The notes under the pieces: generated by a model | Databases searched by the model: none | What the model was told of the DNA's origin: nothing | The model's input: the letters and a program-made list of their open reading frames with translations, nothing else | Shown: piece by piece, positions 40,835 to 50,715 of the stretch | Layout of the letters: every line of letters starts with the position of its first letter | How positions within the stretch are numbered: the stretch's first letter is position 1 | Assembly (NCBI GenBank): GCA_028826165.1 | Contig: JAPDFW010000114.1 | Coordinates: 248,001 to 312,000, forward strand | DNA length: 64,000 bases | Direction of reading: 5' to 3' | Origin: Anaeramoeba ignava BMAN | Lineage: Eukaryota; Protista; Anaeramoebae | Made by a program: the position numbers and the translations under genes

Positions 40835-41323
40835 TTTTATTAATATTAATCAATATTAATTTATTTATTCAAAAAAAATTTTGAAATAACAGGATTATTT
40901 ATAACTTCAACAAAATTATTTAATTTAATAAATTCAATTCAAAATTAAATTCAAAATTAAATTCAAAATTAAATTCAAAATTAAATTCAAAATTAAATTC
41001 AAAATTAAATTCAAAATTAAATTCAATATCAAATTCAAATTCAATATCAAATTCAAATTCAAATTCAAATTCAAATTCAAATTCAAAATCCACAATAAAA
41101 TTGAATATTGAAATTGAAATAAAAATTGAATTAAAAATTGAAATAAAAATTGAATATTGAAATTGAAATAAAAATTGAATATTAAAATTGAAATAAAAAT
41201 TGGATACAAAACTAGATAAAAATGAAATAAAAATTGGATATTAAAAAAAACCAAAAAATTGGATTAGAAATAATTTGAATGATTTCAATATTAATTTATC
41301 AATTTTATCAAAAAAAGAATAAT

Positions 41324-41397
41324 TGAAGATGATTGGATTCGAACCAACAACCTTTAATTTGAGAAGTTATAACACTCTACCTTTGGGCTACATCTTC
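41324..41397 (-). tRNA. tRNA-like gene with 19-nt expanded anticodon arm (CTC/Glu if loop is TTCTCAA); possibly pseudo
   Basis: Same scaffold; arm TTATAACTTCTCAAATTAA; D stem GCCC variant. Confidence 0.65.
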
Positions 41398-41766
41398 TTT
41401 TATTAATATTAATCAATATTAATTTATTTATTCAAAAAAAATTTTGAAATAATAGGATTATTTATAACTTCAACAAAATTATTTAATTTAATAAATTCAA
41501 ATTCAAATTCAAAATTCACAATAAAATTAAAAATTGGATTAAAAATTGGATTAAAAATTGGATTAAAAATTGGATTAAAAATTGGATTAAAAATTGGATT
41601 AAAAATTGAATTAAAAATTGAAATAAAAATTGGATACAAAACCAGATAAAAATGAAATATAAATTGGATATTAAAAAAACCAAAAAAATTAAATTAAAAA
41701 TAATTTGAATGATTTCAATATTATTTTATCAATTTATAAATTTTATCAAAAAATATATATTTCTTT

Positions 41767-41840
41767 TGAAGATGATTGGATTCGAACCAACAACCTTTAA
41801 TTTGAGAAGTTATAACACTCTACCTTTGAGCTACATCTTC
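41767..41840 (-). tRNA. tRNA-like gene with 19-nt expanded anticodon arm; possibly pseudo
   Basis: Same scaffold; arm TTATAACTTCTCAAATTAA. Confidence 0.65.
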
Positions 41841-42252
41841 TTTTATTAATATTAATCAATATTAATTTATTTATTCAAAAAAAATTTTGAAATAACAGGA
41901 TTATTTATAACTTCAACAAAATTATTTAATTTAAAAAATTAAATTCAAAATTAAATTCAAAATTAAATTCAAAATTAAATTCAAAATTAAATTCAAATTT
42001 AAATTCAAATTCAAAATCCACAATAAAATTCAAATTCAAATTCCACAATAAAATTGAATATTGAAATTGAAATAAAAATTGAATATTGAAATTGGAATAA
42101 AAATTGGAATAAAAATTGGATACAAAACTAGATAAAAATGAAATATAAATTGGATATTAAAAAAAACCAAAAAATTAAATTAAAAATGATTTGAATGATT
42201 TCAATATTATTTTATCAATTTATAAATTTTATCAAAAAATATATATTTCTTT

Positions 42253-42324
42253 TGAAGATGATTGGATTCGAACCAACAACTTTTAGATTATGAGTCCAGC
42301 ACTCTACCTCTGAGCTACATCTTC
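42253..42324 (-). tRNA. tRNA-like gene, anticodon CAT (Met), chimeric anticodon stem
   Basis: Arm CTGGA-CTCATAA-TCTAA-AAGTT. Confidence 0.75.
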
Positions 42325-42765
42325 TTTTATTAATCAATTAATCAATATTAATTTATTTATTCAAAAAAAATTTTGAAATAACAGGATTATTTATAACTTC
42401 AACAAAATTATTTAATTTAATAAATTAAATTCAAATTCAAATTCAATTCAAATTCAAAATCCACAATAAAATTGAATATTAAAATTGAAATAAAAATTGA
42501 ATTAAAAATTGAATATTAAAATTGAAATAAAAATTGAATTAAAAATTGGATTAAAAATTGGATTAAAAATTGGATTAAAAATTGGATTAAAAATTGAATT
42601 AAAAATTGGATTAAAAATTGGATTAAAAATTGGATACAAAACTAGATAAAATTGAAATAAAAATTGGATATTAAAAAAAACCAAAAAATTAAATTAAAAA
42701 TAATTTGAATGATTTCAATATTATTTTATCAATTTATAAATTTATCAAAAAATATATATTTCTTT

Positions 42766-42839
42766 TGAAGATGATTGGATTCGAACCAACAACCTTTAAT
42801 TTGAGAAGTTATAACACTCTACCTTTGAGCTACATCTTC
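42766..42839 (-). tRNA. tRNA-like gene with 19-nt expanded anticodon arm; possibly pseudo
   Basis: Same sequence as copy at 41767-41840. Confidence 0.65.
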
Positions 42840-43188
42840 TTTTATTAATTTTAATCAATATTAATTTATTTATTCAAAAAAAATTTTGAAATAACAGGAT
42901 TATTTATAACTTCAACAAAATTATTTAATTTAATAAATTCAAATTCAAATTCAAATTCAAATTCAAAATCCACAATAAAATTGGATTAAAAATTGGATTA
43001 AAAATTGAATTAAAAATTGGATTAAAAATTGAATTAAAAATTGGATTAAAAATTGGATTAAAAATTGGATACAAAACTAGATAAAAATGAAATATAAATT
43101 GGATATTAAAAAAAACCAAAAAATTGGATTAGAAATAATTTGAATGATTTCAATATTATTTTATCAATTTTATCAAAAAAAGAATAAT

Positions 43189-43261
43189 TGAAGATGATTG
43201 GATTCGAACCAACGACCTATAACCCGATGTGCTAACGCTCTCCCCTCTGAGCTACATCTTC
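43189..43261 (-). tRNA. tRNA-like gene, loop ACATCGG (anticodon position ATC, no U33); possibly pseudo
   Basis: Same scaffold; arm TTAGC-ACATCGG-GTTAT. Confidence 0.65.
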
Positions 43262-43715
43262 TTTTATTAATATTAATCAATATTAATTTATTTATCAAAA
43301 AAAAATTTAAATTAAAAGGATTATTTATAAATTAAATATAAATTAAAATATAAATTAAATTCAAAATTAAAATATAAATTAAAATATAAATAAAATATAA
43401 ATTAAATATAAATTAAAATCGGATAAAAATTAAAATAAAAATTAAAATATAAATTAAAATATAAAATAAAATATAAATTAAATATAAATTAATTATAAAT
43501 TAAATATAAATTAAAATATAAATTAAATATAAATTAAAATATAAATTAAATATAAATTAAAATATAAAATAAAATATAAATTAAAATATAAATTAAAATC
43601 GGATAAAAATTAAAATAAAAATTTAATAAAAAAAAGGAAAAAAAATTTAAATAAAAAAGGAAAAAAACAATTTTTCAATTTTTCATTTTTTTCATTTTTT
43701 TGCATTTTTTTTTAA

Positions 43716-44416
43716 ATGGAAGGATTTCATTTGAAATGTTTTTGGTGTGAACAATATACACCTAAACCTTTTTTAATTAATTGTCAATGTGGAGCAGTTT
43801 ATTGTTTTAGTTGTTTTTATTATAAAGTATTAGGAAATCTAGAAGGAAAATGTTTTAATTGTAAAAAATTGATACCAATAGAAAATTACACAAACGAAAC
43901 AGGACTTGAAAATATGAAGATATCAACAGAAAAAATAAAATCAAATGAAGATGAAATGAAAGTAGTAGAAGCTCTTATACAAGCACAAGAAAAAGGAAGA
44001 CAAAAAATGGCTTGTCCTTATTTGGAATTTGATGGTATTTGTAAACTTAAGGATCATATCGAGCATAGATTTGAACCCCAAATGTTAAGGCTTCATAAAC
44101 CTGAAATTGTTGTTTGTCCAAATTTATTTAAACCTTGTGATAATCCAATTTGTCCTTATCAACATCCAAATTTAAAAGAGATTCAAAATGTTATTCAAAA
44201 AGATACAAGAAAAATAAAATTAGACAAAGTTTGTGATTAGATTTTAATATTAATATTAATTTTAATTTTAATTTTAATTTTAATTTTAATTTTAATTTTA
44301 ATTTTAATTTTAATTTATTGATTTTAATTTTAATTTTAATTTCTTAGTTTGTCTTAATTATTTTTATCAAGGTCGAATGTCCTAATTATGGTTGTCCTTT
44401 TGAACATAAAAGATAA
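43716..44416 (+). CDS. Small RING-like + CCCH zinc-finger protein
   Basis: CFWC..CQCGAVYCFSC..CFNC, then C/H fingers (CPYL..C..H, CPNLFKPCDNPICPYQH); probable intron 44233-44347 and a last finger CLNYFYQGRCPNYGCPFEH that needs one extra A removed near 44376. Confidence 0.65.
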
Positions 44417-44499
44417 TCTTCTTCTTTTTTTCTTCATAATTTTCTTTTGTTACAAAAAAAAATTATAATAATATTAATGGAAAAATTTCCAATAATATT

Positions 44500-44571
44500 T
44501 GAAGATGACTGGATTCGAACCAATAACCTTTAGATCTGGAGTCTAACGCTCTCCCTTTGAGCTACATCCTC
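44500..44571 (-). tRNA. tRNA-like gene, anticodon CCA (Trp)
   Basis: GAGGATG-TA-GCTC-AAAGGGA-GAGC-G-TTAGA-CTCCAGA-TCTAA-AGGTT-ATTGG-TTCGAAT-CCAGT-CATCTTC-A. Confidence 0.85.
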
Positions 44572-44694
44572 TTTTATTAATATCAATTAATCAATTAATT
44601 AATTTATCAAAAAAATTTTATTTTCTTATTTTTTTAAATAAAACTCTTTTAAATCATTTTTTGGATTTTATTTTAATTTTAATTATTAAATTTG

Positions 44695-44998
44695 TTAATT
44701 AATAAATTTATTAATTAATAAATCAAATAAATTTGGATTTGTTTGATTTAATTGAAAATAATCAATTCCTATTTGAATTTCATCAATAATTTCTTTTGTA
44801 ATTTCAATTTCTTCTTTAATTTGATTTGAATAAATCCAATATTCAAATATTTGAAATGATTTATTACTTAATTCACTTATTAAAAGTATCATCTGTTACA
44901 GATAAAAACATTCCTCGATATAATTCACTTCTCATTATTAATATTAATTTAGGAAATTTATATTGTTTTTCTTTTCTTTCAATTATAAAATCTTTTCA
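44695..44998 (-). pseudogene. 3' fragment of an RCC1-BTB gene
   Basis: Near-identical to 48814-49140 (KDFIIERKEKQYKFPKLILIMRSELYRGMFLSVTDD...QIGIDYFQLNQTNPNLFDLLINKF) with a small internal deletion and no 5' part. Confidence 0.85.
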
Positions 44999-45550
44999 TT
45001 AATTTATTTCAAAAATGAAATAAAGAATATTAAATAATTAAATTTAAAATTAATTATATTTTATATATTTTATTAATATTTCTTTATTTAAAATAATATA
45101 AAATTATTCCCAATAATTTAATAAAATTAATAAAATCTTTTAATTAATTTATTTCAAAAATGGAATAAGGAATATTAAATAATTAAATTTAAAATTAATT
45201 CTATTTTATATATTTTATTAATATTTCTTTATTTAAAATAATATAAAATTATTCCCAATAATTTAATAAAATTAATAAAATGTCTTAATTAATTTATTTC
45301 AAAAATGGAATAAAGAATATTAAATAATTACATTTAAAAAAATTAATTTTTTATATATTTTTAATAATTTAAAATGTTTTTATTCCCAATAATTTAATAA
45401 AATTAATAAAATGTTTTAATTAAATTATTTCAAAAATGGAATAAAGAATATTAAATAACTAAATTTAAAATTAATTATATTTTATATATTTTATTAATAT
45501 TTCTTTATTTAAAATAATATAAAATTATTCTCAATAATTTAATAAAATTG
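44999..45550. repeat. ~130-145-bp AT-rich tandem repeat, four copies
   Basis: Unit starting aatttatttcaaaaatggaataaagaatatt at ~45001, 45146, 45291, 45422. Confidence 0.85.
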
Positions 45551-46363
45551 AGAAAGAAAATTGAAATATTTTAATAAATATAAATATTTAATTTTAATAA
45601 TATTTAATAATAATTTGATTTAAATTGATTTTATTTTGATTTAAAATAATATTTTTATTTATTATATTAATATTTTTAATTATTTATTATTCCAATTTTA
45701 ATTATAATAAAATATATTAAAAAGTGGAATAAATATTTTAATAAAGATAAATAATTAATTTTAATAATATTTAATAATAATTTGATTTAAATTGATTTTA
45801 TTTTGATTTTAATATAATATTTTTATTTATTATATTAATATTTTTAATTATTTATTATTCTAATTTTAATTATAATAAAATATATTAAAAATAAAATTAA
45901 AAAATTAAAAAATTTTAAATAAATTGAATTTAACATGATTGAATAAGATAAACTTTCTAAAAAAATAATTTACTAATTATTCTATTTTTGATTTTTGATT
46001 ATAATTTATTAAATATTTAAATATTAATTAATAATAAATTTTATTTGATTTTTTTTATTTTAATATTTTAATTAATGAATTTAAATTTAATTATTATTAA
46101 TTTCTATTTTTCAATTTTTATTTTTATTTATTATATTAAAAATATTCAATTTTTAAAATTTATTATTTTTTTTTGGATTATTTTTTATTAATTAAATTTT
46201 TAATAAATATTTTAAATTAAAATTAAATTATTTAAAATTAAATTTGTTTTTTATTTATTATTTTAAAGAAATTAATTTGATTAAAAGTAAATTAAAATTG
46301 AATTAAATTTTGAAAAAAAAAATTAAAAAAAAAAAGTTTGATTTTCTTATTATTAATTAATTT

Positions 46364-47878
46364 TTAAATGAAATAAGTTTCAAGTTCATCAACAATCCAT
46401 TTATTATAAGAACCAGCTAAATAATTTTTAGCTTCATTTGATTGATGAGTTATTCCATTAGGTAGATTATAACTAAAACCAAAATTTGAATAACCAGGTT
46501 GTAAATTAGAATTTAAATAAAAATCATTTCCACCACCAAATAATGGACCATACCTTAAACTAGAACAAATTGCACGACCTTTGCCATTATATGTAAACTT
46601 TGCAGGTATTCTATCCCCTTTATCATTTCTTAATGAAAAAATAAATGCATTTGAATCATTAATGTTTTCTTCACTTGTTGAATTTTTAAATCCAACTTGA
46701 GTAAAACCTCCAAAAATAAAATTATCTTTTGTTTTGATAATAACTAATGTTTTTCCTTTCCAATCAACTTTTGAATGCCAATTTTGAGAATTAAATCCAT
46801 CTTTTTTTGCTGAAAATCCTTTTTTCATTTTAGAAAAAAAATCATTATCATTTATCCATTCTTGTAATTTCTTAACATATTCAATATCTTGAACAATTTC
46901 TGAATCTGAAAATGCTTTCATTTGTTGTTCATATTCCAAATCTTTTTGATATTGATCTCGATATTTATCAAAAATAGGTTTCATATCTTCAACTTCTTTC
47001 TTCCATTTCTCTTCAATTTCTTTCTTTAAATTGTGATTTTCTTTTCTTTTCAAATTTATTTTCTTTTCTTGGTTCTTATTTTCTTGAATAACTTTGTTTT
47101 GAATATCAACTAAAAAAGATTTAGGAAGAAAAATTTGAAATTGTTTTAATTTATCAAAATCTTGTTTTGAAATTGAATCTTTATCAAATAATGAAAAAAA
47201 AGAATGAAATAATCTTTTCTTTGCATTCATTTTGTGTTCATCTTTCTTTAATTTTAATCTTTCGTTTCTTTTTTTAATCCAATTATTTAAAAATTGAAAA
47301 AAATCAAATTGAAAAATTTCTTTTTTTTCTTGTTTAAATTGAATAAATTTGATAATTTCTTCTTTAGTTAAATTGAATAAATTTTCATTATTCTGAATTT
47401 GGGAAAAATTTTGATTTATTAATTCAAAACATTTTATTTCAATTTCATTTGAATTTAAATTTCGATTTTGGAATAAAAATTGGAAAAAAATTTTAATTGA
47501 ATTTGAAATTTTTTTTGAATAATTTCTTTCAATAAATTTAATTTAAAATAAATTGAAATTTTCAATAATTGAATTGATTTTGATAAGAAAAATATTTCCA
47601 TAATAAATATAACTCAAAATTGATTCCATTTCTTTTTTATTAAATTGATTTAAAGAAATAGAAAGAGATTCTTGCCTTTATGACTCATTAAAAAAAGGAG
47701 ATCTTGAAGATAAAATTGATTTATGAACTTTAATTTCAAAAGAATTTGATTTATTCTCAACAAAAATTGAATAATCTGTAAATGATTCATTGGATAAAAT
47801 ATTGGAATAATCTTGCTTTAAGTTTTTTGTTACTGATTGTTCATAATCTGTTTCTTGTTGATTTCTGTTGTTATTCAT
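46364..47878 (-). pseudogene. BTB/BACK-TLDc family gene, disrupted in its 5' half; TLDc part open
   Basis: BTB start (FTDYSIFVEN..IKVHKSILSSRSPFF), in-frame TAA at 47678-47680, further frame breaks, then TLDc (FSAKKDGFNSQNWHSKVD.KGKTLVIIKTKDNFIFGGFT..GPLFGGGNDF..VDELETY). Confidence 0.8.
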
Positions 47879-48249
47879 TTTCAAGTTTTTGAAAAAGGAA
47901 AAAAAATGAAAAAAAAAATTTAAAAAAAAAAATGAATAAAAAAAGTGGATTTTGAAAATAAATAAAAATATAAAAAATAAGAATAAATTTAAATTAATAA
48001 TTAATTTAATTTCTTTTTTAATTTATTATTTTAAATTAATTTATTAATAAATTATTATTATTTTTTATTAATTTTTTTTATTAAAAAAAAAGGAAAATTA
48101 TTTTAATTTAATTTTTAATTTAATTTTTTTTTTTTGGAATTTAAAAATTATTAATAAATTTAAATTTAAAAACAAATTTCCAAATTAATATTAATTCAAT
48201 TTAATTCAAAAAAAAAGATAAAATTTTAATTTCAAAAATCAATTTTCAA

Positions 48250-48813
48250 AATATTTTTAAATAATAAAATATTTAAATCTAAAACAATAAATTATTATTT
48301 TAAACATGAAATTAAATATTAAATTATATTTTTAAATTAATTTATAAATTAAATATTAAATTAAATCTATTCTTATTTTTATATTTATATTTTAAATATT
48401 TAAATAATAAAATATTTAAATTTAAAACAATAAATTATTATTTTAATAATAAAATTAAATATTAAATTATATTTTTAAATTAATTTATAAATTAAATATT
48501 AAATTAAATCTATTCTTATTTTTTATATTTTTATGTTAAATATTTAAATAATAAAATATTTAAATCTAAAACATTGAATTAACATTTTAATAATAAAATT
48601 AAATATAAAATTATATTTTTAAATTAATTTATAAATTAAATATTAAATTAAATCTATTTCCATTTTTTATATTTATATGTTAAATATTTAAATAATAAAA
48701 TATTTAAATCTAAAACATTAAATTATTATTTTAAACATGAAATTAAATATTAAATTATATTTTTAAATTAATTTATAAATTAAATATTAAATTAAACTTA
48801 TTCTTATTTTTTA
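48250..48813. repeat. ~143-bp AT-rich tandem repeat, four copies
   Basis: Unit aaataataaaatatttaaatctaaaac...attaaatctattcttatttt repeated directly after the RCC1-BTB stop. Confidence 0.85.
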
Positions 48814-50595
48814 TTAATTTTGATTATTAAATTTATTAATTAATAAATCAAATAAATTTGGATTTGTTTGATTTAATTGAAAATAATCAATTCCAATTTG
48901 AATTTCATCAATAATTTCTTGTGTAATTTGAATTTCATCTTTAATTTGATTTGAATAAATCCAATATTCAAATATTTGAAATGATTTATTACTTAATTCA
49001 CTATAATCTGTAACTTTATTAGAAATATCATCTGTTACAGATAAAAACATTCCTCGATATAATTCACTTCTCATTATTAATATTAATTTAGGAAATTTAT
49101 ATTGTTTTTCTTTTCTTTCAATAATAAAATCTTTTTCATTTTCATTTTCATTTTCATTTAAATAAATTCTTTTCATTGTTTCTTCAATCTTTTCATTTGA
49201 ATTTATAATTTCTTTAATTTCTGAATATAATTTTGGATTTATTATTCTGTTTGAATAAATCATTTCAAATATTTGATTTGATTCTTTAATTGATTTTTTT
49301 GAAATAATTTCTTTAAGTTTTTCAATTTGATTTTGATTTTGATTTTGATTTAATCTATATTTTAATATTAATTTATGAGCTTCAATTATTTCTCCATTTT
49401 CGGTTTTAAATGAAATATTACAAAATTCTTTTCTTCTAAATAATTTTATCAAATCTTCTTCAAGATTGGAAAAAGAAGAAGGAGAATAATAAAGAAATGA
49501 ATTGTGAAATCCACAAGAAATATGATAATTGGAAATATTTTCATTAAATCTTAATTTAGGAATTTCAATTTGAATTGGAATTAATTGTTCATTTGTATTT
49601 CCAGTTCCTAATTCACCAGAATAATTATTTCCAAATCCAATTAATTTTGAATTAGAAGTTAAAATCAAAGTATGGAAACAACCAACAGAAAAATCAATAA
49701 TATTATCATCATCTTCAAATAAAGATGATTTGATTTCAGTAAATTCATAAGTATTTTGATATTTTCCGAGACCATTATATCGATAATCTCCACATGAATA
49801 AAGTTTTCTTTTTGGATTTTGATCTTCAATCAACATTATTGAATGGGAATCTGCACATTGAATATCAATTATTTTGCCTTTTGGAATATTTTGTATTTTG
49901 GTTAATTTATAGATTTCTTTTCCAATTAACGATTTTCCTAATCCAAGTTGACTATATTTATTATATCCACATCCAAATAATTCTTGATTTGAATTTAAAA
50001 GAAAAACATGATCTGAAGCATTTCCTGAAAATATTTTAGAAACATTTTTCATCATTAAAATTGGTTTTTCTGTTTTTTCAAGTGTTTTAGAATCAAAACC
50101 AAGTTGACCAAAATCATTTGAACCAATTCCATAAGCATTTTGATTTGAAGTTAATAAGTAAACCGAACTGTATCCAGAAACAATATCTTCAATTATTCTA
50201 TCGTTTGCATCTTCAATTAATGATGAAATATTGATAAATTCTTTTGGATTTTTTGGATTAATATATTTTCCTTTGGCAAATACTTTTCCTTCTTTTGTTA
50301 AAATAGCTTCATTAAAATAACCAACAGTTACTTTTTGAATATTTTCTTCAATTTGGATTTTTGAAGGATTTGGATTTGGATCATTTTCATTTAGATATTC
50401 TATTGCTTTTCCATTTTCAAAAAGGAAAATTGTTGAAAACTTTGATAATGAAATTTGTTTAATTTGTTTTTCATTTTCATTTTCATTTTCATTTTCATTT
50501 TCAAATTTAAATTGAATTGGTTTTGTTATTTTTTTTGTTTCATTTTTTAAAAGAGTTGGATATTGATTTAAACCAAAAAATAAAATTTCATTCAT
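48814..50595 (-). CDS. RCC1-repeat + BTB-like domain protein
   Basis: GSNDFGQLG, GYNKYSQLGLG, SVGCFHTLIL..GNNYSGELGTG repeats, followed by FCNISF..IEAHKLILKYR and a second BTB-like block. Confidence 0.9.
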   Translation of the reverse strand: MNEILFFGLNQYPTLLKNETKKITKPIQFKFENENENENENEKQIKQISLSKFSTIFLFENGKAIEYLNENDPNPNPSKIQIEENIQKVTVGYFNEAILTKEGKVFAKGKYINPKNPKEFINISSLIEDANDRIIEDIVSGYSSVYLLTSNQNAYGIGSNDFGQLGFDSKTLEKTEKPILMMKNVSKIFSGNASDHVFLLNSNQELFGCGYNKYSQLGLGKSLIGKEIYKLTKIQNIPKGKIIDIQCADSHSIMLIEDQNPKRKLYSCGDYRYNGLGKYQNTYEFTEIKSSLFEDDDNIIDFSVGCFHTLILTSNSKLIGFGNNYSGELGTGNTNEQLIPIQIEIPKLRFNENISNYHISCGFHNSFLYYSPSSFSNLEEDLIKLFRRKEFCNISFKTENGEIIEAHKLILKYRLNQNQNQNQIEKLKEIISKKSIKESNQIFEMIYSNRIINPKLYSEIKEIINSNEKIEETMKRIYLNENENENEKDFIIERKEKQYKFPKLILIMRSELYRGMFLSVTDDISNKVTDYSELSNKSFQIFEYWIYSNQIKDEIQITQEIIDEIQIGIDYFQLNQTNPNLFDLLINKFNNQN

Positions 50596-50715
50596 TTTTG
50601 AAAAAGAAAAAAATGAAAAAAAATGAAAAAAAATAAATTTGGAATTTGAATTGAATTTTGATTTTAATTGATTTGAGAAATGATTTGTAAAGAAAAAGAA
50701 AAAGAAAAAAAGAAA

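Larger units (their letters stand above)
40763..43330. repeat. Tandem units of ~420-560 bp, each carrying one tRNA-like gene plus (AAATTC)n and (AAAAATTGGATT)n STRs
   Basis: Shared blocks recur in the units (…caaaaaaaattttgaaataacaggattatttataacttcaacaaaattattt…; …ggatacaaaactagataaaaatgaaa…; …tttgaatgatttcaatatta…). Confidence 0.9.

Noticed and set aside
41324-41397. Causal link between expanded-loop tRNAs and the +1 frameshifts
   Set aside because: Frameshift sites share no codon complementary to this loop and mostly lie in homopolymers; error is more parsimonious.
40264-44571. CRISPR array
   Set aside because: Conserved parts fold as tRNA halves with Pol III boxes; eukaryotic context, no cas genes, long repeated spacers.
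47678-47680. In-frame TAA as evidence of stop-codon reassignment
   Set aside because: Most intact genes here end in TAA and the same gene has additional frame breaks; pseudogenisation or error is simpler.
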